From contig JBFMEZ010000004.1 of the NCBI GenBank assembly GCA_040753215.1, positions 4,015-68,014 on the forward strand: a DNA stretch of 64,000 bases, in the 5' to 3' direction. Each line of letters opens with the position of its first letter. Position 1 is the first letter of the stretch. Made by a program: the position numbers and the translations under genes. Shown here piece by piece: positions 28,845 to 38,206 of this stretch. The notes beneath the pieces are model-generated. The model worked only from the letters and a program-made list of their open reading frames with translations, had not been told where the DNA came from and ran no database searches. Source of the DNA: Candidatus Micrarchaeota archaeon. Its GTDB lineage: Archaea > Micrarchaeota > Micrarchaeia > Anstonellales > Bilamarchaeaceae.

Positions 28845-30326
28845 TCATTTCTTCCACTCCCTCTCTATCCCGAACTTCTTCAGCGTGTCCGTTATCTCCT
28901 CTTCCTCCGCCCCGCGCGTTACCTGCGCGAGCATGGAGAGGTTCTTCACCAGCGAGCAGCTCGGCCCTTCCGGCGTCTCGCTCGGGCACAGCTTCCCCCA
29001 GTGGGTCCCGTGCAGGTCCCTTGCCTTGAAGTGCGGGTGCTTCTTGCTGAGCGGGGATATCACCCTCCTCGTGTGCGAAAGCATCGCGAGGTTGCTCGTC
29101 CTGTCCAGCAGCTGCGAGACGCCCGTCTGCCCGGCAATCCAGTTTCCGGTCGCCATCGCATACTTTATCCTGTCCACAAGCGTGTCCTGCCTCACGAGCG
29201 TGTGCACCTGCAGTTTGCGCCCGCGCGCATCCGCCCTGCTCGCCTGGTATACGATGTCCTTGATGAGGAACTGGAACGCATACCTGAAAAGCTCCTCCAT
29301 GAGGCTGCCCACCAGCTTCACCCTCTTGTTCGCGTAGTGGTCCTTGTCGTCCGGCTTCATCCTCTTGTGCGCAACGCGAACCGACTTCTCAGCCATCCTT
29401 ATGAGGTAGTATGCCTTCATCTTCCTGTCCGCCTTCTCCACCCCCAGATGGGGCAGCAGGTATGTCTCGAGCAGGTTGTCCAGCCTCGCGAGCCGGAATT
29501 CCTCCGGCTGGCCCGGCGAGATTTTCTTGCTCAGCGTCTGTATCGCATCGTCCTTCGTCTTGCTCTCCTCCTCTTCAAGGTTGAGCAGGATGTCGTTCTT
29601 TACTATCGGCTCGCCCGAGAACGCGTCCATTATCTCTGCATCCTTGTCCAGCCCGAGCACCCTCAGCACCTGGATGAGCGAAAGGTCCGGCGGCGTAGCC
29701 GGGAACTCGCACTTCAGCATCCCCTCCGCCGTCCTCGTAACCACGCACCTCGCCCTGAACCCGTGCCGGGTGGAGAACACCTTCGCCACAGTGCCGCTGC
29801 TCTCCGCGGTGGTCATCACCTTGTTCGGGACGAGGTCCTCTATGCCCACCAGCACCCTCTCGCTGCCGTTTATTATGAAATACCCTCCCGGGTCCTCCGG
29901 GTCCTCCCCCTTCTCTATCAGCTCGTCCTTCGTCATGCCCGCGAGGTAGCACAGCCTGCTCTTCACCATCACCGGCACTTCGCCTATGTAAACGTCGGAA
30001 TAGGTCGGCCTCTCAATCCCGTTGAAGAGGGGGATTATCTCCAGGAACATCGGCGCCGCGTACGTGATGTTCCTGAGCCTCGCCTCCGCGGGCAGGATCT
30101 GCCTGTACCCTCCCTTCACCTCGTAGAACCTCGGCGGCTCCACCCTTATCTTCCCGAGCTTGAGCGAGAACCCCTCCACGTGCGTGTCGATCTTCCCGAC
30201 CCTGCCGACAATCTCCTGCATCCCCACATCCACAAAACGGTTGTAGGAATCGAGCTGCTGCTTCACGAGGCTGTTTGTCCTGAAATAAGACTCCATCAAT
30301 GCATTGGCCATTTTCCCACCAGGCAC
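28845..30326 (-). CDS. rpoB2: DNA-directed RNA polymerase subunit B, N-terminal half (Rpo2N)
   Basis: GGYFIINGSERV, DDKDHYANKRV, GVSQLLDR and CPSETPEG. Confidence 0.97.
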   Translation of the reverse strand: MPGGKMANALMESYFRTNSLVKQQLDSYNRFVDVGMQEIVGRVGKIDTHVEGFSLKLGKIRVEPPRFYEVKGGYRQILPAEARLRNITYAAPMFLEIIPLFNGIERPTYSDVYIGEVPVMVKSRLCYLAGMTKDELIEKGEDPEDPGGYFIINGSERVLVGIEDLVPNKVMTTAESSGTVAKVFSTRHGFRARCVVTRTAEGMLKCEFPATPPDLSLIQVLRVLGLDKDAEIMDAFSGEPIVKNDILLNLEEEESKTKDDAIQTLSKKISPGQPEEFRLARLDNLLETYLLPHLGVEKADRKMKAYYLIRMAEKSVRVAHKRMKPDDKDHYANKRVKLVGSLMEELFRYAFQFLIKDIVYQASRADARGRKLQVHTLVRQDTLVDRIKYAMATGNWIAGQTGVSQLLDRTSNLAMLSHTRRVISPLSKKHPHFKARDLHGTHWGKLCPSETPEGPSCSLVKNLSMLAQVTRGAEEEEITDTLKKFGIEREWKK

Positions 30327-30329
30327 CGC

Positions 30330-30578
30330 TCAGACTACCAGCCGGTAGTAATCGTACTCCCCCGTCTCGTCCTTCCTCTTTATGCGCAGAATGTCCCCCT
30401 GCTTCGCCCCCAGCGCAGAAACAGCGGCATCGTCCGACAATGCCCTCGGGAGCATGCTCTCGTCTATTTTGCACTTCTCAAGCAGTTCCTTCTTCTCCTC
30501 TTCCTTCACTATCTCCATCCTGGGGACAAGATGGTGCTTCAATACGTCGATATTCGGCTTCTCTTTCTTCAAGGGCAC
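30330..30578 (-). CDS. rpoH: DNA-directed RNA polymerase subunit H (Rpo5)
   Basis: HHLVP, LP, GDILRIKR and YYRLVV. Confidence 0.95.
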   Translation of the reverse strand: MPLKKEKPNIDVLKHHLVPRMEIVKEEEKKELLEKCKIDESMLPRALSDDAAVSALGAKQGDILRIKRKDETGEYDYYRLVV

Positions 30579-30591
30579 ACCCGGGCGGAGC

Positions 30592-30683
30592 AGCTTCCAG
30601 TTTCCGGTTTCCAGTCACACTGTGAAGCCGCTCAATCGCTTCCCTGCTTTCCCTGGCTTCACGGTGTGAGTCCCCAGTTTCCG
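30592..30683. repeat. Heptamer-flanked hairpin cassette upstream of rpoH
   Basis: TCACACTGTGAAGCC...GGCTTCACGGTGTGA inverted repeat (30615-30669), flanked by CCAGTTTCCGGTTTCCAG and CCCAGTTTCCG. Confidence 0.75.
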
Positions 30684-30800
30684 AAAGACGGATGCTGGGT
30701 GCTGGGAACAGATAACTCCACAGCTAGCAGTGGCATTCCATTTTAAAGGGATATGTTTAAAAAGGTTCTCTTCGCGCGCGTGCAATAAGTTTCTTAAACT

Positions 30801-31235
30801 GTGGCGGGCCAGGATGACGATATGGCGGACGAAGGCGAGGTTAAGGCCTTATCCTACATCGAGCCGAAGACCGAAAAGAACCGCGTCCAGCACATCGGCT
30901 GCTGGATAGTGATACTGCAGGAAATGATTAAAAGGAATTTCAGGCGCGGGAACGTCTTCAGCCTAGACGATGGAAGGGTTGAAGTGCTGGTCCAAGGGAG
31001 CGGTATCGACATTGCGCTCTTCCACTCGTACATACGGGACAACCTTTACGGTTTGCTGCTGGAGAGCAAGAATAGCGAAGAGGGCAAAAAGCTGGTGATT
31101 GATGCAGTCGGCAACCCCGGCTTCAACGTAACGGATATTGAACTTAAACCCCAATTGGTGGTGCATGGCCTTGCGCTCGCTTCCCATTCCCTGGAACTGG
31201 ACCAGTTTGAAATTGAGCATTCCACCCATCTCTGA
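30801..31235 (+). CDS. Degenerate acylphosphatase-like protein, possibly truncated
   Basis: RVQHIG...GNVFSLDDGRVEVLVQG resembles the acylphosphatase fold without the catalytic Arg/Asn; the ORF ends inside a hairpin. Confidence 0.5.
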   Translation: MAGQDDDMADEGEVKALSYIEPKTEKNRVQHIGCWIVILQEMIKRNFRRGNVFSLDDGRVEVLVQGSGIDIALFHSYIRDNLYGLLLESKNSEEGKKLVIDAVGNPGFNVTDIELKPQLVVHGLALASHSLELDQFEIEHSTHL

Positions 31236-31335
31236 TGGGTGGTGGAGGGTGGAATGCAGCTGTCAAAATGCTCTTGGTGCGAGCGCCCTTGCAAGCCACC
31301 GGTCTGCGACCGGTGGTGGCGCGAGCATTTTGACT
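31217..31335. repeat. Cluster of nested hairpins
   Basis: GCATTCCACCC...GGGTGGAATGC, then GTCAAAATGCTC...GAGCATTTTGAC enclosing CCACCGGTC-TGC-GACCGGTGG. Confidence 0.7.
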
Positions 31336-31429
31336 CGGCACCCGTGCCCGCCTGTGCGACCGCTCAGCAAACAGCTTACAGCATCCATTTCCGTCATTCT
31401 TTTAAGCTCTCCCTAAACAAATCCCCCCA

Positions 31430-32281
31430 ATGGACAAGGAAACAAAGGTGAGCCTGGCCGCCTGGCTCCTCAGCATCATCCTCTTTGCCGTGAAAATAAC
31501 CGCGGGGCTGCTCTCCGGCTCCCTCGCCGTGCTCTCGGATGCGTTCAACTCCCTCACCGACATAGTTTCCTACCTCATCGTATACATCTCCGTGAAAATC
31601 TCCGGGGAAGCGCCCGACGCCGACCATCCCTACGGCCACAGGGGCGCCCAGCCCCTTGCCGCCTTCATGGTTGCGGTCTTCCAGGGAATACTCGCGTTCG
31701 AGATAATACGCGCGGCGGCAGGCAACCTTCTGTTCGGCCATCCCGCAATCGCCCCCACCCTCTTTACCTTCGCCGCCCTCCTCTTCAGCATAGCAGTGAA
31801 ATCCGGGATGTCCTATTTCCTCGGCAGGTTCGGGAAGGAGCTCCACAGCGCCTCTCTCCGCTCCATCTCCGTGGATTCCCGCAACGACGTGCTCGCATCC
31901 TCCATCGCAGTCCTCGGCCTCGTCGGCGTCCTGTCCGGCAACGACGTTTTCGACGATGCAGCCGCCATCATAATCGCCCTCTACATAGGGTTCTCCGGCT
32001 GGCAGATCGCAAAGGAGAGCGTGGGCTACCTGATGGGCGCCAGCCCACCGCGGGAGACGATAGAGAGGATACGCGCGGCCTCCTCTTCGGTCCCCGGAGT
32101 CAAGAAAGTGGAAAAAGTAAGCGCCCATTACATAGGCGACCGCATCCACGCGGAGATAGAAATCCTCCTAAGCAGGCAGCTGAAGCCGGAGCAGACCCAC
32201 CGTATAGGCGCGGAGGTGCAGAAGGCGGTGGAGAGCATAGAGGTCGTGGAGAGGGCCTTCATACACATCGATTACGGGTAA
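31430..32281 (+). CDS. Cation diffusion facilitator family transporter (FieF-like)
   Basis: SLAVLSDAFNSLTD, HPYGH, DSRND and C-terminal FIHID. Confidence 0.93.
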   Translation: MDKETKVSLAAWLLSIILFAVKITAGLLSGSLAVLSDAFNSLTDIVSYLIVYISVKISGEAPDADHPYGHRGAQPLAAFMVAVFQGILAFEIIRAAAGNLLFGHPAIAPTLFTFAALLFSIAVKSGMSYFLGRFGKELHSASLRSISVDSRNDVLASSIAVLGLVGVLSGNDVFDDAAAIIIALYIGFSGWQIAKESVGYLMGASPPRETIERIRAASSSVPGVKKVEKVSAHYIGDRIHAEIEILLSRQLKPEQTHRIGAEVQKAVESIEVVERAFIHIDYG

Positions 32282-32388
32282 AGGTAGGCAAAACGAGGCA
32301 ATTATTCTTCCCGGCCCGGAATAAGTAATCTTATTGCACCCCGTCCTCTTCGCAATTCTTAAAAACCCCTGCTCCCCATCTTCCCTGC

Positions 32389-32823
32389 ATGAGGCTACTT
32401 GCGGAATCCCTCCTCGCGGCGCTCATCGCCCTGTTTGTGCTCAATTTCCTGGGGCTCGGCGTTTCCCTCCTCGCTTCCGTGACATCCTTCTTCGTCGTCC
32501 TCCTCTTCATAGTCCTTATAGAGGAAAAGAGCGGCTTCTCCTCCCGCGCAATCCTCAGGCAGTTCCGCATGGACAGGCCCCTCATAGCCACCGCGGTCGT
32601 CTTCGGCCTCCTCTTCGTGCTCGCAATAGTCTTCTCAATAATCAACACCCGCCTCAGCGCCTTCATCACCCCCCTCACCAGTTCCCTGGAATCCACGCTC
32701 GGCCTCATAGGGCTCGCCGTGATAAGCGCCCTCGCGTACCGCCTCTTCTACCACTTCATGTACCAGCAGATAGAGCTTGACACCGGGCTCCAGCTGGTGA
32801 AGAAGATAAGGAGCAGGATATAG
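32389..32823 (+). CDS. Hypothetical membrane protein
   Basis: Four hydrophobic helices; directly upstream of the permease. Confidence 0.7.
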   Translation: MRLLAESLLAALIALFVLNFLGLGVSLLASVTSFFVVLLFIVLIEEKSGFSSRAILRQFRMDRPLIATAVVFGLLFVLAIVFSIINTRLSAFITPLTSSLESTLGLIGLAVISALAYRLFYHFMYQQIELDTGLQLVKKIRSRI

Positions 32824-32825
32824 GT

Positions 32826-34130
32826 ATGGCAAAGCTCAGGCGCGAACTGAACCTCACGACCGCGACCATTTTCGGCATCTCCATAATAGTGGGCGCCGGG
32901 ATATACGCGCTCATAGGCGCCGCAACCGCAATCGCGGGCACGGGCGTGTGGTTCTCCTTCCTCGTCGCCGCCTTTGTCGCGCTCCTCACGGGGCTGAGCT
33001 ACGCGGAGCTCTCCTCCATGTTCCCGCAGGCGGGTTCTTCGTTCACCTACGTCCTCAGGGGCCTGAACAGCCGCATGCTCGGCTTCATAACCGGCTGGCT
33101 CATCCTTTTTGAGGCGATGGTCGGCGCGGCGGCAATCGCAATGGCATTCGGGAACTATCTCGCTTCGATAATCGCGTTCCCGGTCATGGCCGCGGCGTTC
33201 CTGGTAATTCTCCTCTTTTCGGTAGTCAACCTGGTGGGGATAAGGGAATCCATCCTCCTCAACGATGTGATGTTCCTCCTTGAGGTGGGCGGCCTGCTCT
33301 TCGTAATCGCCGCCGGCTTCCTATTCGGCTCCGCAAATCCGGATCTGATGGATTTCCGGCTCACCCCCGCGCTTGCGGGCGCCGCCCTCGTATTCTTCGC
33401 GATGCTCGGCTTTGAGATGATTGCGAGCGAGAGCGAGGAGGCGAAGGATGCGAAGCACACGATTCCCGGCGCGATAATCCTCTCAATAATAATATGCACG
33501 TTCCTCTACGTCGCCTTCTCCATCGCCGCCCTGCTCCTGGTGGGGCCCGGGGTCCTCGGCGCCTCCACCGCACCCGTGAAGGATGTTGTATTCCCCCTCC
33601 TCGGCCAGTATGCATTCATCTTCTCCCTCATCGCCCTCGCCTCCACAGGCAACACGGTGCTCATCTGCCTCATAACCGCTTCCCGCCTTTCCTACGGCAT
33701 GGCGAAGAGCGACTCCCTCCCAAAATTCCTCTCCAGGATAAATGAAAGGTTCTGCACCCCGCACTTCGGGGTCCTTTTCGCCTTCGTGGTAGCCGCCTTA
33801 TTCCTTCTCATCGCCAACATGGTCATCATAGCCGAAGTAACGAATTTCGCGGCCCTCATCGCGTTCTTCCTCATAAACGTGAGTGTGATAAAGCTCAGGC
33901 TGGACGACCACCGCACGAAGCGGGCGTTCAGCGTGCCGTTCTCAGTCCCCGGCTTCCGGTTTCCAGTCCTCGGTTTAGACGTTCCTCCAATCCCAATCCC
34001 GGCGGTGCTGGGAGCCCTCGCTTCCCTCTTCCTGATTTTCTACCTCTCCATGGAGGCAATCCTCTACGGGGCCGGGCTCATCGTCCTTGGCGCAGCGGTG
34101 CACCTGCTGCACAGGAAACAAAAGAAGTAA
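32826..34130 (+). CDS. APC family amino acid permease
   Basis: IIVGAGIY, SYAELSSMFPQAG, GFE and SEE; about 12 TM helices; short heptamer-derived insert VPGFRFPVLG. Confidence 0.93.
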   Translation: MAKLRRELNLTTATIFGISIIVGAGIYALIGAATAIAGTGVWFSFLVAAFVALLTGLSYAELSSMFPQAGSSFTYVLRGLNSRMLGFITGWLILFEAMVGAAAIAMAFGNYLASIIAFPVMAAAFLVILLFSVVNLVGIRESILLNDVMFLLEVGGLLFVIAAGFLFGSANPDLMDFRLTPALAGAALVFFAMLGFEMIASESEEAKDAKHTIPGAIILSIIICTFLYVAFSIAALLLVGPGVLGASTAPVKDVVFPLLGQYAFIFSLIALASTGNTVLICLITASRLSYGMAKSDSLPKFLSRINERFCTPHFGVLFAFVVAALFLLIANMVIIAEVTNFAALIAFFLINVSVIKLRLDDHRTKRAFSVPFSVPGFRFPVLGLDVPPIPIPAVLGALASLFLIFYLSMEAILYGAGLIVLGAAVHLLHRKQKK

Positions 34131-34139
34131 AAAGAAAGC

Positions 34140-36809
34140 TCAGGGCGAATACCAGCTCGGCGCATTCTCCGCGCATGTGCTCTCCGGCGGGCACTGCGGG
34201 TTCTGGCCCGGGCAGTCCGTGCACGGGAACCTCTTCACCATCCCGCAGCAGCAGCTGTCGTACCCGGCGATATTGTCCACCCTGTAGAACCACGAATACC
34301 TGCAGGTTGTGTAGCACACCGGCGTGTCGTAGTAGCCCGTGACCCTGGAGCTGCACTCCTGCGAGCTGGACAGCCCCTGCGCGACAACTTCCGCGCCGGG
34401 CGTCTCGCCGCAGATGCTCCCGCAGCTCAGCGAGGGCGGGTACACGCACGTGCATCCTTCGCTGCACACCCCTCCGGAATCGCACCCCGCCTGCCCGTCG
34501 CATTCCTCGCCCGCGTCCACCCTCCCGTTCCCGCAGTACGCGACCACGCAGTCCGCATCCGCCTCGCACTCGCTTGTGCCGGGCTCGTAAAGCAGCTCGC
34601 AGCTCTCGCCCACGCACCCGTAATGCCTGCAGTCCGAATCCGCATCGCACTCGTCGCTTCCAGGCCCGGACACCTGCTCGCAGGTCCCCTCCCTGCACTC
34701 GCTGTGCGTGCAGTCTGCATCAGTGTTGCACTCGTCCCGGCCGGGCTCGAGGACTTCCACGCACATGTCCCCGCTGCATTCGGTGTGCCTGCAGTCCGAA
34801 TCCATGTCGCATTCGCTCGTCCCGGGCGTCATCACCTCTATGCAAGTCCCCTGCCCGCACTCGCTGTGCCTGCACTGGCTGTTGAAGAGGCACTCGTTCG
34901 GCCCCTCCCCTTCCATGAGTATGCATCCGCCTTCCGCGCACCCGTAATGCATGCCGTCCTCCACCTGCGGCGGCGCCTCGCACCTGCAGGTTATTTCAGA
35001 GCACGTTGTGGGCGGCGGGCACGTGTCCGGAAGCACCGGGCCGCCATACCTCCCCCCCAGGTCGCACTCCTCGCTGCCGCCACCTCCGGTAAACATGTGC
35101 GATATGTATCCGTCCCCGCACCTCGGGGTCACAACCCCGGGCTTGCACGTGCAGTCGCTCCTGCAGCTCTGCCCGGCCGTGCAGGTGTCCCTTCCCGCGG
35201 GGTACCGGCTCCCGTCCGGCTTCGCGCCCCCGCCTATGTCGCACTGCTCGCTGCCCTCCCTCACCGCGTTCCCGCACAGCTGCTCCGGCTCCCTGCACTG
35301 CTCGTCGCTCGTGCACTCGTCCTCTCCAGTCCCCTGCACCCTTATGCACCTCTCCCCGCTGCATTCCATGTGCGTGCCGCCGGGAACGGTCTCCACGGTG
35401 CATTCGCAGCCCACGCACTTCTGCCCCTGGGCGCAGTCCGCGTCCTGCTCGCACTGCTCAACCTGCCCGAACGTGTTCGGCCTCTGTATCACCCCGTCCC
35501 CGCACCACGTCACGTTGGGCGTGACTATCTTCTCGCACAGGCACGTGTCCAGGTCGCACCATTCATCGGGGTTCGGGCATGCGACGCCTGCCTCGCACTC
35601 CTCCAGCTGCCCGAAATCGTTCGGCCTCTGCACAGCCCCGTCCCCGCAGAATGTGAAGTTGAAATCCTCATAAATCTCAAAAACCCTCAGCAGCGGGGAG
35701 ACGTCCGGGTTCCTGTCCTCCCCGGGCACAACCTCAATCACCCTCGCCGCTTCCCAGAGCATCCCGTCCCATCTCGTGAAGAATATGTCGCTCGGCGCTG
35801 AGGCGGTTGTCCAGAAAAGGGCCAGCGCGCTCATCCCCTCGTTGAGGAATGCGAAGGCGGGCCTCCTGTCCGCGCCGGTCCCCGGAATCATCGAAAGGCT
35901 CCTCAGGTTGCTCCACAGCGTATTCTGCTTTATGAACACTGTGTAAGGCGCCCCTGCGGCGTCATAATCCGCATCGGGCATCCCCCCGTCCGAGAGCCGC
36001 GCCGCGTTGCTCCATCCTGCGCCCGCCCATTTTGAATAATACACCGCTCCATTGGTGGTGGGCCATACCGCATACGCCTCGGCCTTGTTTTTCGCTGCGG
36101 CAAGCCCGAGCCTCTCATCAGTTGGCACATTGTTGTCCAGCACCGCATTCTCAGCCTGCCCCGGAATCTGCACAGGGGCAGCCCATTCCCCGCCCTTGTA
36201 GATTGATGAGTAAACCCTTGTGCTCGTCCCGTTGTTTTCCGTCCATATGAGGAAATACGCCCCGGTGCCCGGGCTGAACTTCAGCTCAGGCATCGAAACC
36301 CTCATGTGCCCGCTCACTTCCGCGGGAGCGCTCCACCTGGAGCCGCTGAACACAGAATAGTAGAGTTTCGTTGTTCCGGCCGTGTCCTTCTGCACCCATA
36401 CCGCAACAGCACTGCCCTCGTCCATCATCGCCACTGCAGGGTCCATGCTGTATCCCGCGGGCGTTGCCACCGCGGCAGGAGGGCTCCACCTTTCCTTCCA
36501 TATAGAGTAATAAATATGCGAGAACCCCGGCTGCGCGTTGCTCCATACCGCAATCGCCGCGCCCCTCCCGTCCGAATCCACGTACGGGTCGTGGTCGTCG
36601 CCCTCCAGGTCCGCGATGAGCGCTGTTGCGCTGCCCTCCGGTGTGTACCATATGCGCGCATTGTCATACCATAATGAATACCTTATATCCCAGTCCCCTC
36701 CGTTCCTCTGCTGCCACACCGCAATCGCGCCCGGCTCCACAATCTGCTCCGCGCATCCAAAAAGCAGGAGCAGCATTCCGCCCAGAACAAGGATGTTTTT
36801 ACCGGCCAT
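34140..36809 (-). CDS. Large Cys-rich surface lipoprotein (beta-propeller-like N-terminus plus CGDG/CGNG and C-x4-C repeats)
   Basis: Signal peptide ending LLFGC; W-rich blade-like repeats (AIAVW...IYYS.W...WS.P); five CG[DN][GA]...E.C units (DUF4215-like) and tandem H.EC....C......G..EC..D.DC units. Confidence 0.85.
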   Translation of the reverse strand: MAGKNILVLGGMLLLLFGCAEQIVEPGAIAVWQQRNGGDWDIRYSLWYDNARIWYTPEGSATALIADLEGDDHDPYVDSDGRGAAIAVWSNAQPGFSHIYYSIWKERWSPPAAVATPAGYSMDPAVAMMDEGSAVAVWVQKDTAGTTKLYYSVFSGSRWSAPAEVSGHMRVSMPELKFSPGTGAYFLIWTENNGTSTRVYSSIYKGGEWAAPVQIPGQAENAVLDNNVPTDERLGLAAAKNKAEAYAVWPTTNGAVYYSKWAGAGWSNAARLSDGGMPDADYDAAGAPYTVFIKQNTLWSNLRSLSMIPGTGADRRPAFAFLNEGMSALALFWTTASAPSDIFFTRWDGMLWEAARVIEVVPGEDRNPDVSPLLRVFEIYEDFNFTFCGDGAVQRPNDFGQLEECEAGVACPNPDEWCDLDTCLCEKIVTPNVTWCGDGVIQRPNTFGQVEQCEQDADCAQGQKCVGCECTVETVPGGTHMECSGERCIRVQGTGEDECTSDEQCREPEQLCGNAVREGSEQCDIGGGAKPDGSRYPAGRDTCTAGQSCRSDCTCKPGVVTPRCGDGYISHMFTGGGGSEECDLGGRYGGPVLPDTCPPPTTCSEITCRCEAPPQVEDGMHYGCAEGGCILMEGEGPNECLFNSQCRHSECGQGTCIEVMTPGTSECDMDSDCRHTECSGDMCVEVLEPGRDECNTDADCTHSECREGTCEQVSGPGSDECDADSDCRHYGCVGESCELLYEPGTSECEADADCVVAYCGNGRVDAGEECDGQAGCDSGGVCSEGCTCVYPPSLSCGSICGETPGAEVVAQGLSSSQECSSRVTGYYDTPVCYTTCRYSWFYRVDNIAGYDSCCCGMVKRFPCTDCPGQNPQCPPESTCAENAPSWYSP

Positions 36810-36893
36810 GCGCCTTTCTCAAAAATAAACCTTATAAACCGCACTGCCCCACAACGAAACCTTTATTAACATCTTAAACCACACTCTATACGT

Positions 36894-37643
36894 ATGAAAC
36901 ATTCCCCCCAGCAAGAACTCTCCCCGGCAGTTCCCGGTTTCCAGTCCCCAGTTTCCCGTACCCAGCCCCCGGTCTCCCGTCTCCAGTCTCCTGTTTCCCG
37001 CAGGGCCGCGCTTTTCCTCTCCGCATTCCTTTCCGGCTGCGGCGCGGCGGCGGTGCAGGAAAATGCAACAACCACGTACAGCTCATCCGAAATGGTAATA
37101 ATCGCCCCAAACACCCTTCCGCAGAGGGAATTCCGCTCCTTCCTGAATACTTTGCGCAGCCGCTCGGGCAACTACCATGTGGAGCTTTCCGGGCTGGAAG
37201 GGGTGCTCGGCGACTGGACCTTCCGCAGGACCGATTACAGCGAGAGGGGGCGGTTCTCCTTCTACGACCTCTTCCTTACCAGCCAGCTGGTAAGGTCCGG
37301 GCAGCCGGACAGGGCGGAGATGCTGTACCAGGGCACCACGGAAAGCCCATACTTCAACATCCCGGCCGAGCACACCCCAAACGTAGGCAGCGACGTATTC
37401 GTTGTCGTGCTTCCAGGCAGGATTGCATTCAATTTCCGCAACCCGATTACAGGAGAGCCGGAGAGGAGGGTCTTCGAGTTTGATGAAAACGAAATCGGGC
37501 CCGGCTCCATTTTGGTCGCAGACTACGATGCCGAACAGAGCAAAATCCTCATCCATTTCGCTTCTGAGAGCAGGATTACGACCATCGTTTTCGATCTGAT
37601 GTCCGCGGAAATCTCCCTGCGCCACATAGCGCCGGAGGAATAA
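36894..37643 (+). CDS. Hypothetical exported protein with heptamer-repeat-encoded N-terminus
   Basis: TATA-like tract upstream; FLSGC lipobox-like segment preceded by repeat-derived SPVSR units. Confidence 0.6.
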   Translation: MKHSPQQELSPAVPGFQSPVSRTQPPVSRLQSPVSRRAALFLSAFLSGCGAAAVQENATTTYSSSEMVIIAPNTLPQREFRSFLNTLRSRSGNYHVELSGLEGVLGDWTFRRTDYSERGRFSFYDLFLTSQLVRSGQPDRAEMLYQGTTESPYFNIPAEHTPNVGSDVFVVVLPGRIAFNFRNPITGEPERRVFEFDENEIGPGSILVADYDAEQSKILIHFASESRITTIVFDLMSAEISLRHIAPEE

Positions 37644-37644
37644 A

Positions 37645-37728
37645 CAGTTTCCAGTTACCAATTCTCAGTTTCCGAAACCGGAAACCGGCAACTGAAAACC
37701 GGAAACCGAAAACTGGGAACCGGCAACT
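37645..37728. repeat. Inverted heptamer repeat array between convergent genes (possible terminator)
   Basis: CAGTTTCCAGTTACC...CAGTTTCC followed by GAAACCG GAAACCG GCAACTG AAAACCG GAAACCG AAAACTG GGAACCG GCAACTG. Confidence 0.8.
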
Positions 37729-37732
37729 GCTT

Positions 37733-37805
37733 CGCCCCGGGTCGGGCTCGAACCGACGGCCTCCTGCTTAACAGGCAGGCGCTCTACCAACTGAGCTACC
37801 GAGGC
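37733..37805 (-). tRNA. tRNA-Asn(GTT)
   Basis: GCCTCGG TAGCTCAGTTGGTAGAGC G CCTGC CT GTT AA GCAGG AGGCC GTCGG TTCGAGC CCGAC CCGGGGC G forms a complete cloverleaf; CCA not encoded. Confidence 0.97.
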
Positions 37806-37806
37806 A

Positions 37807-37988
37807 CCAAGAGGAAGGGGGAAGGCGTTCCCCCAATCGGCTTCCTGTTTCCAGCTTCCGGAAACCCTAAACGGGATGGCGGAATCCCGCAGGATTCTGC
37901 CATTTATCTCCGCAGAGATACGGAACCGGGAACTCTCTGACCCCCCTTCCACTTCACTTTGCCACTCTTTGCCCGCACTTCTTACGCA
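37807..37988. repeat. Dispersed element family C, copy interrupted by heptamer and hairpin cassettes
   Basis: 37807-37834 and 37940-37988 match the two halves of 43941-44037; the middle holds hairpins shared with 44623-44666, 58643-58671 and 60969-60992. Confidence 0.8.
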
Positions 37989-38032
37989 CTGAGGGCAAGT
38001 GGAATAATTCTACCAATCATCTTTTTATAAAA

Positions 38033-38146
38033 CTACGCCTCTTCACAAAAAGAATACCCGCACTGCGGGCACTCGGTGCAGCCCTCCTTGTGTACCATCT
38101 TCGCCCCGCATATCGGGCACCTCTTCTCTTCCTTCTCATCCGCCAC
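38033..38146 (-). CDS. 37-aa Zn-ribbon peptide resembling the C-terminus of class II ribonucleotide reductases
   Basis: MADEKEEKRCPICGAKMVHKEGCTECPQCGYSFCEEA; GTG start with purine-rich SD and a TTTAAA tract at about 38170. Confidence 0.7.
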   Translation of the reverse strand: MADEKEEKRCPICGAKMVHKEGCTECPQCGYSFCEEA

Positions 38147-38206
38147 ATCCCTCTCTCCGCCCCCTGGTTTTAAACCTTTGCGGTAAAGAAACCATACGTG
38201 TTTCTT

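Noticed and set aside
17240-30746. Long + strand ORFs opposite EF-2 and the rpo genes (e.g. 17240-18763, 27578-29029, 29001-30746)
   Set aside because: Antisense shadows caused by GC-rich codon bias; they show no recognisable motifs.
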